Below are positions 34,175-47,204 of a stretch of DNA of 64,000 nt, one piece after another. Under the pieces are notes generated by a model, which saw only the letters and a program-made list of their open reading frames with translations, was not told the DNA's origin and made no database searches. Where the stretch lies: NCBI GenBank assembly GCA_038087875.1, contig CM075987.1:26600001-26664000 (forward strand), given 5' to 3'. The position numbers were made by a program, and so were the translations under genes. Source of the stretch: Malacoraja senta. Taxonomy: Eukaryota. The stretch's first letter is position 1, and the number at the start of each line of letters is the position of its first letter.

Positions 34175-34739
34175 CTTCTTTTCGGAATCAATTCCAGCAG
34201 CATCAACCGACTCCAACTGGTCCAGAATGCAGCCGCCCGACTCATTACCCACACCAAATCCTGGCACCACATCACCCCAGTTCTCAAAAAACTTCACTGG
34301 CTTCCCATTTCCCACCGGATCACCTACAAAATCCTGGTCCTCACCTACAAAGCCCTCAACAACCTGGCCCCCCCCTTATCTCATTGACCTCCTCTACCCC
34401 TACCAACCCTCACGGTCCCTCAGATCCACATCAGCCGGTCTCCTCTCCACTCCGAAATCAAACCTCTGCACTTTTGGAGCCAGAGCCTTCTCCAGGGCAG
34501 CTCCCAGGCTCTGGAATTCCCTCCCACAACCGGTCCGAAATTCTGAGTCCCTCACCATCTTCCAGTCCCGCCTCAAGACCCATCTCTTCACCTCTGCATA
34601 CCCTTAGTCCCATGTTCCCCTCCCCTCTGTCTTACTGCTCTATTTTGTTTTGTTTATTCCTGACTCTCAATTGTAAAGCGACTTTGAGGCCTGAAAAGCG
34701 CTATATAAATAAAATCTATTATTATTATTATTATTATTA
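34175..34739 (+). mobile_element. L2-type LINE 3' fragment inserted in a minus-strand CR1 fragment (34030-34962)
   Basis: RLQLVQNAAARL...HITPVLKKLHWLPI...YKILVLTYKAL / PYL..LL..Y.PSRSLRS...RAFS.AAPRLWNSLP...F.SRLKTHLF; one frameshift in a C-run; (TTA)n tail. Confidence 0.92.
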
Positions 34740-36875
34740 CCTGTCTAACTGTTTCGTAAACATTGGGATAGTCCCAGCCTCAACTACCTCCTCTGGCAGC
34801 TCGTTCCATACACCCACCACCCTTTGTGTGAAAAAGTTGCCCCTCAGATTCCTATTAAATCTTTTCCCCTTCACCTTAAACCTATGTCCACTGGTCCTCG
34901 ATTCCCCTCCTCTGGGCAAGAGACACTGTGCGCCTACCCGATCTATTCCTCTCATGATTTTAGACACACGGGGGGAGGGGGGGGGGGGCACGCGCTTCTA
35001 CATCTTATTGCAGAGCTGTGAAATCATACAGAGTGCCAGCCAGGCTGGTTAAATGCTTCATGTTTCTCATTGGGAGCGAGTTTGAACACAAGGCCTGAGG
35101 GGAGAAGAGATAACTCAAGAGAGATTGACAGACCGCGCCATAAAAAATTGTCTCAGACTTGAAATATTAACTCTCACGTTCCACGGATTCTGCTGAGTAG
35201 TTAGAAGAGTTATAGAGTCGTCCAGCGTGGAAACAGGCCCTTCGGCCCACACTGACCAACATGTCCCATCTACACTAGTCCCACTTGCCTGCGTTTGGCC
35301 CATATCCCTCCAAACCTGACCTATCCATGTACCTGTCTAACTTTTTCCTTAAATGTTGCGATTGTCCCAGCCTCAACTACCTCCTCTGACAGCTTGTTCC
35401 ATTCACCCACCACTCTTTCCGTGAAAAAGTTAAGCCTCAGATTCATGTTCGTAAGTGATAGGAGCAGAATTAGGCCATTCGACCCATCAAGTCTACTCCA
35501 CCATCTGAAGTACATTATGAATGCAATTATTACTTTTCCATCTCAACCATCTATTAAATATCACCCATTTATTCAGGGATATTCATAAATATTAACAGAA
35601 TAATGCCCGCTATCTGTCAACTTTCCTTCAGAAACTCTTTTTCCTCTTGGAGCCTCTTGTGTAGGTTCTAAGCCATGGAATTGTAGTCATCATGTTGATC
35701 TCTCTCGTCTCTTTTGTTTTCAAGAGAGAGTTAGATTTAGCTCTTGGGGCTAACGGAATCACGGGATATGGGGAGAAAGCAGGAACGGGGTACTGATTGG
35801 GGATGATCGTATTGAATTGCGGGGCTGGTTCGAAGGGCCGAATGGCCTACTCCTGCACCAATTCTCTATGTCTATGTGTATAAAAATATCATGCATGCCA
35901 ATGTATACGACTCAGGAACAACTACTTCCCCACTGTTATCAGGCTTCAGAATGGTCCTTCCATAAACTAGGGTACTATTCAATTAAGCTCAACGCCCCAT
36001 TTTCCCTTATCATGTATCCATCCACTGTAAATGCATTGATTGTAATCATGTATTGTCTTTCTGCTGATTCGATAGCACGCATCAAAAGCTTTTCACTGTA
36101 CCTCGGTACACGTGACAATAAACTGAACTGAAACTGAATTGTGGTCATTGGACTTTGTCTCTGGAATGTTCAAGAAATTCTTAGACAGGTACATGGATAG
36201 GACATGTTTGGAGGAATGTGGACCAAACACAGGCAGGTGGGGCTAGTGTAACTGGGACAAGTTGGCCAGTATGGGCAAGTTGGGCCGAAGGGCCTGTTTC
36301 CACACTGTATCACTCTACGATTATGACGGCAACTGTTTTAGTTTTTTTTTAGTTTAGTATAGTTTAGAGATACAGCACGGAAACAGGCCCTTTGGCCCAC
36401 ACAGGTCACGGGGAGAACGTACAAACTCCGTACAGGCAGCACCTGTAGTCGGGATCGAACCCGGCCCTGCATTTGCTGTAAGGCAGCAACTCTACCGCTG
36501 CGCCACCGTGCGTTTGAGTTTGGCTTGATAGCATTTATATATAGTATTATCTGATCGGGTTGGACAGCATGCAAAGCAAAGCTTTTCTCTGTAACTCTGC
36601 TACACATGACAATTATACAGCCAGCGTTACCTGACGTAATCTCTACTGAGCCAATATTCCAAGACAGTGTCTCATTGAAGAATTAACTTGGCCCTGAGCC
36701 TGCTTAGCTTCCGAGACCAAATTGGTTCAGGTGTTAATACAAAAAAAAAACACATGTACACATATGTCATTGCTATCAGCTTCAACCATACCTTTAGGCA
36801 TTCTGTTCTACATCCTCGTCATTCTCTGTACAGGAGTATTCCTACGAAATTCCTGATTTGCTCCATTAAACTCAC

Positions 36876-37185
36876 TTAGTTGAGTTCAGTTTAGTTTAGA
36901 GATACAGCGCGGAAACAGGCCCTTCGGCCGCGCCGACCAGCGATCCCCGCACATTACCACTACCATACGCACACACTAGGGGCAATTTACATTTATACCA
37001 AGCCAATTAACCTACCGACCTGCACGTCTTTGGAGTGCGGGAGGAAACCGGAGTTCCCGGAGAAAACGGGGAGAACGTACAAACTCCGTACAGACAGCAC
37101 CCGTAGTCAGAATCAAACCCGGGTCTCAGGCGCTGTAAGCGATGTAAGGCTGCTAGCAACTCTACCGCTGCGCCACCGTGCCGCC
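36876..37185 (-). mobile_element. V-SINE (HE1-like)
   Basis: Tail, V-domain and A/B boxes on the minus strand. Confidence 0.85.
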
Positions 37186-37395
37186 ATGTTTATGGTCGAT
37201 GGAACCGATGCACTATAATGCTGAGAACTATATTCGGCAAGTTGCATCTTCCCATTTCCTCTATCAATTGTACTGGAGTTTTGACTTGAGGCGCAATATA
37301 TCATCTGCCGGATAGCGTAGAAAACAACGATATTCACTGCACTTCGGTACACATAACAATAATAAACCTCAACATCAACCTTGATCACTTTAAGG

Positions 37396-37779
37396 CAGGG
37401 GTGGGGAACTTACGGCCTTAAGGCCACATGCGGCCTTCTAGGCCATTAAGTGCGGCCTTTTGAATGAATCCAAATTTTGTAGAACAAATCCTTTTATTTG
37501 TATTAATATGTTTTTGTTCGTCTTTTATTATTTTTATTTTAATCTTTTTTTTATTTTTTATTTTTTATTTTAAATTTATTAGAAGTACATTACATTACAA
37601 CCACATACATTAGTACTCATTAGTATTTTAATCTTAAAGTGAACGTATTTAAAATACCAAAGAGTAAAATAAGATTCAACGAAATAATCCTATATCTAGT
37701 TGAAGTTTCTTGGATGCGGCCTTATTAGATTACTGCTAACTTAATGCGGCCTTCCGACATGAAAAGGTTCCCCACCCTG
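37396..37779. mobile_element. hAT (Charlie-like) MITE containing a ~75-bp L1 tail (about 37545-37622, minus)
   Basis: TIR CAGGGGTGGGGAAC / GTTCCCCACCCTG; 8-bp TSD CTTTAAGG / GTTTAAGG; subterminal TGCGGCC repeats; the inner piece is the reverse complement of the L1 end at 53837-53918. Confidence 0.85.
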
Positions 37780-38977
37780 GTTTAAGGTCATAAGGTCATA
37801 AGTGATAGAAGTAGAATTAGGTCATTTGGCCCATCACTGGTCCTCGATTCACCTACTCTGGGCAAGTGACTCTGTGCGTCTACCCGATCTATTCCCCTCA
37901 TGATTTTATACACCTCTATAAGATCACCCCTCATCCTCCTGCGCTCCAAGGAGTAGAGTCCCAACCTACTCAACCTCTCCCTATAGCTCACACCCTCTAG
38001 TCCTGGCAACATCCTCGTGAATCTTCCCTGTACCCTTGGAGAGAAAGAATTGGTGACGTTTCGGGTCGAGACACTTCTACAGACAGTCTGAAGAAGGGTC
38101 TCGACACAGAAGTGTCACCCATTCCACTCTCCAGAGATGCTGCCTGTCCCGCTGAGAAATTTCTGTATCTATCTTCGGTTTAAACCAGCATCTGCAGTTC
38201 CTTCCTACACACTTCTCTGCACCCTTTCCAGCTTGACAACTTCTTTCTTACAATTTTGCTTTTGTTATTGTACGATTTAGTTATTTATTTAAGAATAAGT
38301 GGTAAGCCAAGATGAGGAAACACTTTTTCACACAGAGAGTTGTGAGTCCGTGGAATTCTCTGCCTCAGAGGGCAGTGGAGGCCGGTTCTCTGGATACTTT
38401 CAAGAGAGAGCTAGATAGGGCTCTTAAAGATAGTGGAGTCAGGGGATATGGGGAGAAGGCAGGAACGGGGTACTGATTGGGGATGATCAGCCCAAAGGGC
38501 CGAATGGCCTACTCCTGCACCTATTGTCTATTGTCTATTGTAACACAGTGCCCAGAACACAATGCTCCAAATGCGGCCTCACCAACGTCTTATACAACTG
38601 CAACTTGTGTTACATGCGAGCAGTAGTGACACATTGGGCAAGGCTCTCTGCCAAAACCTCCTCATTACTTGTGACCTTGTCATGCCTGCTTCATTTGAAT
38701 TAATAGTCGGATGTCTGATAATGACCTCCAGTGAGAAACTAAAGACCCTGCAATGGATGAATGGATGCTGCATTGTGGAAGGAAATCTAATTTACCCAAA
38801 ACAAAATATTATTAACGGCTTCACATAAATAAAAGGAGAATTAAAAAAAAAAAATCAGTTCATCTATGTATGCCTGCAATGGCAGCCATGCTTCAAAATC
38901 CAGCTGACTGCCGCTCCATCATCTCACATGGTGGAGACTAAACCAGACTAAATGATAAATGTGTCCAACTTTATTTA

Positions 38978-39177
38978 NNNNNNNNNNNNNNNNNNNNNNN
39001 NNNNNNNNNNNNNNNNNNNNNNNNNNNNNNNNNNNNNNNNNNNNNNNNNNNNNNNNNNNNNNNNNNNNNNNNNNNNNNNNNNNNNNNNNNNNNNNNNNNN
39101 NNNNNNNNNNNNNNNNNNNNNNNNNNNNNNNNNNNNNNNNNNNNNNNNNNNNNNNNNNNNNNNNNNNNNNNNNNNNN
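38978..39177. other. Assembly gap (200 N)
   Basis: Run of N. Confidence 1.
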
Positions 39178-39409
39178 TAGGATAGTGTTCATGTGCGGGG
39201 ATCGCTGGTCGGCCCGGACCCGGTGGGCTGAAGGGCCTGTTTCCGCGCTGTATCTCTAAACTAAAAATAATTCGGGCATATCATCAAAATGGATCCACTC
39301 AGTGTCCGTGGAACGACACCATAATGTTACATTATGATATAAAGATGATTGGAGAAACTAGGAGCTGGTACTGGAGCTATAAACACTCTCACATACATCA
39401 TTTACTTCT

Positions 39410-39737
39410 AATTTAGTTTAGTTAAGTTTCGCTTGGACATACAGCACCCTTGAAACAGGCCCTTCGGCCCACCGAGTCCAAACTGGCCATCGATTACCCA
39501 TTCACGCTAGTTTAATGTTATCCCACTTTCTCATCCACTCCCTACACACTGGGGTCAATTTCACAGAGGCCAATTAACCTACAAAACCCGCACGTCTTTG
39601 ACGTGTGGGAGGAAACCGGAGCACTCGGAGAAAACCCACGCAGGTCACGGGGAGAACGGACAAACTCCGTACAGACAGCGCCTGCAGTCAGGATCGAACC
39701 CGGGCCCCTCAGCTCTACCAGCTGCTCCACTGTGGCA
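39410..39737 (-). mobile_element. V-SINE (variant 3' region)
   Basis: V-domain and B box on the minus strand. Confidence 0.75.
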
Positions 39738-40167
39738 CCCTCTGGGTGGCCAACTTTATTCCCACCCCGTTAAACAATAGCCATCATTTCTGTGTACAAT
39801 AAAACGCATACCCACGCAATTATATTTCACAAGACAATTTACTTTCACACCAATACTTTACCCCGGTCTGCTCACTGCAAAATAAGATCCAAGTTGTTAT
39901 ATTCTTAATTACATTAATTAAGGAAATAATTCCTCATCATCACTGTTGTGAAAACACACCGCTGAGCCGGGGCAGTGGGATTTTCATTCTGTCTTCGAAA
40001 TGCAAAAAAAAATCTCAGAGGGCAGGTGTTAAAGGTGACGACTAGTTTGTAGGAAAAGGAAAGATGCAAAGCGACCTCCTGCAGGCATATAAATACTAGC
40101 CCCACCAAGAATATTTGTTAGTTATGAAAGATATCACAAAACTGCTTTGTGGAGCAATCCCACTGCA

Positions 40168-40742
40168 CAGCACGGTGGCGCAGGGGTAGAGTTGCTGCCT
40201 CACAGCGCCAGAGACCCGGGTTCCATCCTGACTACGGGTGCTTGTCTGTACGGAGTTTGTACGTTCTACCCCGTGACCTGCGTTTGTCACGGAGTCATAG
40301 AGTGATACAGCGTGGAAACAGGCCCTTCGGCCCAACTTGCCCACACCGGCCAACATGTCCCAGCTACACTAGTCCCACCTGCCTGCGTTTGGTCCATATC
40401 CCTCCAAACCTGTCCTATTGTTTCTTAAATGTTGGAATAGTCCCAGCCTCGACTACCTCCTCTGGCAGCTTGTTCCAGACACCCACCACCCTTTGTGTGA
40501 AAAAGTTACCCCTTGGATTCCTATTAAATCTTTTCCCCTTCACCTGAAACCTGTGTGCTATGGTCTTCGATTTCCTTACTCTGGGCAAGAAACTCTGTGC
40601 ATCTACCCGACCTATTCCTCTCATGATTTTAGACTATCCCTAGTGTGCAGGATAGCGTTAATGTGCGGGGATCGCTGGGGTCGGTGCGGACTCGGTGGGC
40701 TGAAGGGCCTGTTTCCGTGCTGTATCTCTAAACTAAACTAAA
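40168..40742 (+). mobile_element. V-SINE split by a minus-strand CR1 fragment (40285-40632)
   Basis: SINE 5' half 40168-40283 and 3' half 40635-40742; CR1 C-terminal coding sequence between them. Confidence 0.8.
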
Positions 40743-40765
40743 ATCAGGATGTAATGCCCAATGCC

Positions 40766-43468
40766 CAACAAAGGTAAAACAGTTATAATGGGTGACTTCA
40801 ATCTACATATAGATTGGGTGAATCAAATTGGCAGGGGTGCTGAGGAAGAGCATTTCTTGGAATGTATGCGGGATAGTTTTCTAAACCAACATGTAGAGGA
40901 ACCAACGAGAGAGCAGGCTATTCTAGACTGGGTATTGAGTAATAATAATAATAATAATAATAATAATAGATTTTATTTATATAGCGCTTTTCAGGACTCA
41001 AAGTCGAGTAATGAGGAAGGGTTAGTTAGCAGTCTTGTTGTGCGTGGCCCCTTGGGCAAGAGTGACCATAATATGGTTGAGTTCTTCATTAGGATGGAGA
41101 GTGACATTGTTAATTCAGAAACAAGGGTCCTGAACTTAAAGAAAGGTAACTTTGAGGGTATGAGACGTGAATTGGCCAAGATAGACTGGCAATTGATTCT
41201 TAATGGGTTGACGATAGATATGCAATGGAAGGCATTTAAAGACTGCATGGATGAACTACAACAATTGTTCATCCCAGTTTGGCAAAAAAATAAATCAGGG
41301 AAGGTAGTGCATCCATGGATAACAAGGGAAATCAGGGATAGTATCAAAACAAAAGATGAAGCGTACAAATTAGCCAGAAAAAGCAGCATACCAGAGGACT
41401 GGGAGAAATTCAGAGTCCAGCAGAGGAGGACAAAGGGCTTAATTAGGAAAGGGAAAATAGATTATGAAAGAAAACTGGCAGGGAACATAAAAACTGACTG
41501 CAAAAGCTTTTATAGATATGTGAAGAGAAAAAGATTAGTTAAAACAAATGTAGGTCCCTTGCAGTCAGAAACAGGTCAATTGATCATGGGGAACAAGGAC
41601 ATGGCAGACCAATTGAATAACTACTTTGGTTCTGTCTTCACTGAGGAAGACATAAATAATCTGCCGGAAATAGCAGGGGACCGGGGGTCAAATGAGATGG
41701 AGGAACTGAGTGAAATCCAGGTTAGCCGGGAAGTGGTGTTAGGTAAATTGAATGGATTAAATGCCGATAAATCCCCAGGGCCAGATAGGCTGCATCCCAG
41801 AGTACTTAAGGAAGTAGCTCCAGAATTAGTGGATGCATTAGTGATAATTTTTCAAAACTCTTTAGATTCTGGAGTAGTTCCTGAGGATTGGAGGGCAGCT
41901 AATGTAACCCCACTTTTTATAAAGGGAGGGAGAGAGAAATCGGGGAATTACAGACCAGTTAGTCTAACGTCGGTAGTGGGGAAACTGCTAGAATCAGTTA
42001 CTAAAGATGGGATAGCAGCACATTTGGAAAGTGGTGAAATCATTGGACAAAGTCAGCATGGATTTATGAAAGGTAAACCATGTCTGACGAATCTTATAGA
42101 ATTTTTCGAGGATGTAACTAGTAGAGTGGATAAGGGAGAACCAGTAGATGTGTTATATCTGGACTTTCAGAAGGCTTTCGACAAGGTCCCACATAAGAGA
42201 TTAGTATACAAACTTAAAGCACACGGTATTGGGGGTTCAGTATTGATGTGGATAGAGAACTGGCTGGCAGACAGGAAGCAAAGAGTAGGAGTAAATGGGT
42301 CCTTTTCACAATGGCAGGCAGTGACTAGTGGGGTACCGCAAGGCTCAGTGCTGGGACCCCAGCTATTTACGATATATATTAATGATTTGGACGAGGGAAT
42401 TGAATGCAACATCTCCAAGTTTGCGGATGACACGAAGCTGGGGGGCAGTGTTAGCTGTGAGGAGGATGCTAGGAGGCTGCAAGGTGACTTGGATAGGTTG
42501 GGTGAGTTGGCAAAGGCATGGCAGATGCAGTATAATGTGGATAAAGTAAAGTAAAGTAAGTTTATTTATATCGCACTTTTCAATCAAATCACTGAAGCCA
42601 AAGTGCTTTACAGAGAGAATTATCCATATAAATGAAAAATAAAAAAGGTAGAATAAAGGTAAATGTGAGGTTATCCACTTTGGTGGCAAAAACAGGAAAG
42701 TAGACTATTATCTGAATGGTGGCCGATTAGGAAAAGGGGAGATGCAACGAGACCTGGGTGTCATGGTACACCAGTCATTGAAAGTAGGAATGCAGGTGCA
42801 GCAGGCAGTGAAGAAAGCAAATGGTATGTTAGCATTCATAGCAAAAGGATTTGAGTATAAGAGCAGGGAGGTTCTACTGCAGTTGTACAGGGTCTTGGTG
42901 AGACCACACCTGGAGTATTGCGTACAGTTTTGGTCTCCTAATCTGAGGAAAGACATTCTTGCCATAGAGGGAGTACAGAGAAGGTTCACCAGACTGATTC
43001 GTGGGATGGCAGGACTTTCATATGAGGAAAGACTGGATAGACTCGGCTTGTACACGTTGGAATTCAGAAGACTGAGGGGGGATCTTATAGAAACTTACAA
43101 AATTCTTAAGGGGTTGGACAGGCTAGATGCAGGAAGATTATTCCTGATGTTGGGGAAGTCCATAACTAGGGGTCACAGTTTAAGGATAAGAGGGAAGACT
43201 TTTAGGACCGAGATGAGGAAATCATTTTTTGCACAGAGAGTGGTGAATCTGTGGAATTCTCTGCCACAGAAGGTAGTTGAGGCCAGTTCATTGGCTATAT
43301 TTAAGAGGGAGTTAGATGTGGCCCTTGTGGCTAAAGGGATCAGGGGGTATGGAGAAAAGGCAGGGATGGGATACTGAGTTGGAAGATCAGCCATGATCAT
43401 ATCAAATGGTGGTGCAGGCTACTCCTGAATGGCCTACTCCTGCACCTATTTTCTATGTTTCTATGTTT
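40766..43468 (+). mobile_element. CR1-type LINE, 5'-truncated, disrupted by two L2-tail micro-insertions
   Basis: ORFs 40761-42554 and 42742-43377 give the APE end (MGDFN, SDH), RT (YLDFQKAFD, GVPQGSVLGP, FADD) and C-terminus; inserts at about 40944-41005 and 42546-42659. Confidence 0.95.
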
Positions 43469-43543
43469 ACTATCCTTCCTCATACTAACCCATGTATGAC
43501 TCGACAACTCACTTCCGTACCCCTTGGCTAAGGGTGGCACAGT

Positions 43544-44228
43544 GACAATAGACAATAGACAATAGGTGCAGGAGTAGGCCATTCGGCCCTTTCGCGCCAG
43601 CACCTCCATTCACTGTGATCATGGCTGATCATCCACAATCAATACCCCGTTCCTGCCTTCTCCGCATATCCCCTGACTCCACTATCTTTAAGAGCTCTAT
43701 CTAACTCTGTCTTGAAAGCATCCAGAGAACTGGCCTCCAGTGAATTCTGAGGCAGAGAATTCCACAGATTCACAACTCTCTGGTTGAAAAGGTTTTTTCT
43801 CATCTCTGTTCTAAATGGCCTAACTCTTATTCTTAAACAGTGGCCCCTGGTTCTGGACTCCCCCCAACATCGGGAACATTTTTCCTGCCTCTAGCGTGTC
43901 AAATCCCTTAATAATCTTATATGTTTCTATAAGATCTCCTCTCATCCTTCTAAATTCCAGTGTATACTAGCCCAGCCCCTCCATTCTTTGAACATATGAC
44001 AGTCCCGCCATCCCTGGAATTAACCTCGTGAACCCACGCTGCACTCCCTCAAAAGCAAGAATGTTGTTCCTCAAATTTGGAGACCAAAACTGCACACAAT
44101 ACTCCAGGTGTGGTCTTACCAGGGCCCTGTACAACTGTAGAAGGACCTCTTTGCTCCAATACTCAACTCCTCTTGTTATTAAGGTCAGCATGACATTAGC
44201 TTTCTTCACCGCCTGCTGTACCTGCATG
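43544..44228 (-). mobile_element. CR1-type LINE 3' fragment ((CTATTGT)n tail)
   Basis: MQVQQAVKKAN...LYRALVRPHLEYCVQFWSP on the minus strand. Confidence 0.9.
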
Positions 44229-44291
44229 TGGTACTCGCAGTGGTGGAATGGGGCGTGAGGAATATCTTTAATCAGAGGGTGGTGAATCTAG

Positions 44292-46952
44292 GGATATTCA
44301 ATATTCAGGAGGGATAGAGAGAAAGGAAAAGGAGGTGGGGTAGCGTTGCTGGTTAGAGAGGAGATTAACGCAGTGGAAAGGAAGGACATTAGCTTGGAGG
44401 ATGTGGAATCGGTATGGGTAGAGCTGCGAAACACTAAGGGGCAGAAAACGCTGGTGGGTGTTGTGTACAGGCCACCTAACAGTAGTAGTGAAGTTGGGGA
44501 TGGCATCAAACAGGAAATTAGAAATGCGTGCAACAAAGGCAAAACAGTTATAATGGGTGACTTCAATCTACATATAGATTGGGTGAATCAAATTGGCAGG
44601 GGTGCTGAGGAAGAGGATTTCTTGGAATGTATGAGGGATAGGTATCTAAACCAACATGTAGAGGAACCAACGAGAGAGCAGGCTATTCTAGACTGGGTAT
44701 TGAGTAATGAGGAAGGGTTAGTTAGCAGACTTGTTGTGCGTGCCCCCTTGGGCAAGAGTGATCATAATATGGTTGAGTTCTTCATTAGGATGGAGAGTGA
44801 CATTGTTAATTCAGAAACAACGGTTCTGAACTTAAAGAAAGGTAACTTTGAGGGTATGAGACGTGAATTGGCCAAGATTGACTGGCAATTAGTTCTAAAA
44901 GGGTTGACGGTGGATATGCAATGGAAGGCATTTAAAGACTGCATGGATGAACTACAAAAATTGTTCATCCCAGTTTGGCAAAAGAATAAATCAAGGAAGG
45001 TAGTGCATCCGTGGATAACAAGGGAAATCAGGGATAGTATCAAAGCAAAAGATGATGCGTACAAATTAGCCAGAAAAAGCAGCATACCAGAGGACTGGGA
45101 GAAATTCAGAGACCAGCAGAGGAGGACAAAGGGCTTAATTAGGAAAGGGAAAATAGATTATGAAAGGAAACTGGCAGGGAACATAAAAACTGACTGCAAA
45201 AGGTTTTATAGATATGTGAAGAGAAAGAGATTAGTTAAATCAAATGTAGGTCCCTTGCAGTCAGAAACTGGTGAATTGATCATGGGGAACAAGGATATGG
45301 CAGACCAATTGAATAACTACTTTGGTTCCGTCTTCACTAAGGAAGACATAAATAACCTGCCGGAAATAGCAGGGGGCCGCGGGTCAAAGGAGATGGAGGA
45401 ACTGAGTGAAATCCAGGTTAGTCGGGAAGTGGTGTTGGGTAAATTGAATGGATTAAAGGCCGATAAATCACCAGGGCCAGATAGGCTGCATCCCAGAGTA
45501 CTTAAGGAAGTAGCTCCGGAAATAGTGGATGCATTAGTGATAATTTTTCAAAACTCTTTAGATTCTGGAGTAGTTCCTGAGGATTGGAGGGTAGCAAACG
45601 TAACCCCACTTTTTAAGAAGGGAGGGAGAGAGAAAACGGGGAATTACAGACCAGTTAGTCTAACATCGGTAGTGGGGAAACTGCTAGAGTCAGTTATTAA
45701 AGATGGGATAGCAGCACATTTGGAAAGTGGTGAAATTGGACAAAGTCAGCATGGATTTACGAAAGGTAAATCGTGTCTGACGAATCTTATAGAATTTTTC
45801 GAGAATGTAACTAGTAGAGTGGATAGGGGAGAACCAGTGGATGTGTTGTATCTGGACTTTCAGAAGGCTTTCGACAAGGTACCACATAAGAGATTAGGAT
45901 ACAAACTTAAATCACACGGTATTGGGGGTTCAGTATTGATGTGGATAGAGAACTGGCTGGCAAACAGGAAGCAAAGAGTAGGAGTAAACGGGTCCTTTTC
46001 ACAATGGCAGGCAGTGACTAGTGGGGTACCGCAAGGCTCAGTGCTGGGACCCCAGCTATTTACAATTTATATTAATGATCTGGACGAGGGAATTGAAAGC
46101 AACATCTCCAAGTTTGCAGATGACACTAATCTGGGGGGCAGTGTTAGGTGTGAGGAGGATGCTAGGAGACTGCAAGGTGACTTGGATAGGCTGGGTGAGT
46201 GGGCAAATGTTTGGCAGATGCAGTATGATGTGGATAAATGTGAGGTTATCCACTTTGGTAGCAAAAACGGGAAGGCAGACTATTATCTAAATGGTGGCCG
46301 ATTAGGAAATGGGGAGATGCAGCGAGACCTGGGTGTCATGGTACACCAGTCATTGAAAGTAGGCATGCAGGTGCAGCAGGCAGTGAAGAAAGCGAATGGT
46401 ATGTTGGCCTTCATAGCAAGAGGATTTGAGTATAGGAGCAGGGAGGTTCTACTGCAGTTGTACAGGGTCTTGGTGAGACCACACCTGGAGTATTGCGTAC
46501 AGTTTTGGTCTCCAAATCTGAGGAAGGACATTATAGCCATAGAGGGAGGGCAGAGAAGGTTCACCAGACTGATTCCTGGGATGTCAGGACTTTCATATGA
46601 AGAAAGACTGGATAGACTTGGCTTATACTCGCTAGAATTTAGGAGATTGAGAGGGGATCTTATAGAAACGTACAAAATTCTTATGGGGTTGGACAGGCTA
46701 GATGCAGGAAGATTGTTCCCGATGTTGGGGAAGTCCAGGACAAGGGGTCACAGCTTAAGGATAAGGGGGAAATCCTTTAAGACCGAGATGAGGAAAAACT
46801 TTTTCACACAGAGAGTGGTGAATCTCTGGAACTCTCTGCCACAGAGGGTAGTTGAGGCCAGTTCATTGGCTATATTTAAGAGGGAATTAGATGTGGCCCT
46901 TGTGGCTAAAGGGATCAGGGGGTATGGAGAGAAGGCAGGTACGGGATACTGA
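44292..46952 (+). CDS. CR1 ORF2 (partial APE endonuclease plus reverse transcriptase); open frame but lacks N-terminus and start
   Basis: GYSIFRRDR..GGGV, VYRPP, MGDFN, LDWVL, SDH, KSPGPD, NYRPVSLTS, QHGF, YLDFQKAFDKV, GVPQGSVLGP, FADDT. Confidence 0.93.
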   Translation, partial: GYSIFRRDREKGKGGGVALLVREEINAVERKDISLEDVESVWVELRNTKGQKTLVGVVYRPPNSSSEVGDGIKQEIRNACNKGKTVIMGDFNLHIDWVNQIGRGAEEEDFLECMRDRYLNQHVEEPTREQAILDWVLSNEEGLVSRLVVRAPLGKSDHNMVEFFIRMESDIVNSETTVLNLKKGNFEGMRRELAKIDWQLVLKGLTVDMQWKAFKDCMDELQKLFIPVWQKNKSRKVVHPWITREIRDSIKAKDDAYKLARKSSIPEDWEKFRDQQRRTKGLIRKGKIDYERKLAGNIKTDCKRFYRYVKRKRLVKSNVGPLQSETGELIMGNKDMADQLNNYFGSVFTKEDINNLPEIAGGRGSKEMEELSEIQVSREVVLGKLNGLKADKSPGPDRLHPRVLKEVAPEIVDALVIIFQNSLDSGVVPEDWRVANVTPLFKKGGREKTGNYRPVSLTSVVGKLLESVIKDGIAAHLESGEIGQSQHGFTKGKSCLTNLIEFFENVTSRVDRGEPVDVLYLDFQKAFDKVPHKRLGYKLKSHGIGGSVLMWIENWLANRKQRVGVNGSFSQWQAVTSGVPQGSVLGPQLFTIYINDLDEGIESNISKFADDTNLGGSVRCEEDARRLQGDLDRLGEWANVWQMQYDVDKCEVIHFGSKNGKADYYLNGGRLGNGEMQRDLGVMVHQSLKVGMQVQQAVKKANGMLAFIARGFEYRSREVLLQLYRVLVRPHLEYCVQFWSPNLRKDIIAIEGGQRRFTRLIPGMSGLSYEERLDRLGLYSLEFRRLRGDLIETYKILMGLDRLDAGRLFPMLGKSRTRGHSLRIRGKSFKTEMRKNFFTQRVVNLWNSLPQRVVEASSLAIFKRELDVALVAKGIRGYGEKAGTGY

Positions 46953-47049
46953 GTTGGATGATCAGCCATGATCGTATTGAATGGCGGTGCAGGCTCGAAG
47001 GGCCGAATGGCCTACTCCTGCACCTATTTTCTATGTATCTATGTATCTG
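44292..47049 (+). mobile_element. CR1/HER1-type LINE, 5'-truncated, young copy
   Basis: Uninterrupted ORF2 remnant and (TATGTATC)n tail; inserted in an older CR1 3' fragment (gtgaatct|gtggaatt). Confidence 0.96.
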
Positions 47050-47204
47050 TGGAATTAATTGCCACCGAAGGCTGTGAAGGCCAAGTCAATGGATATTTTG
47101 AAGGCAAAATATTCTTACAGATTGCTGATTAAGGGCATCAAAGGTTATGGGGAGAAGGCAGCAGAATGAGGAAGATAGATCAGTCATGATTGAATGGTAG
47201 AGTA

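Noticed and set aside
38952..39192. ORFs containing X runs
   Set aside because: Artefacts of the N gap
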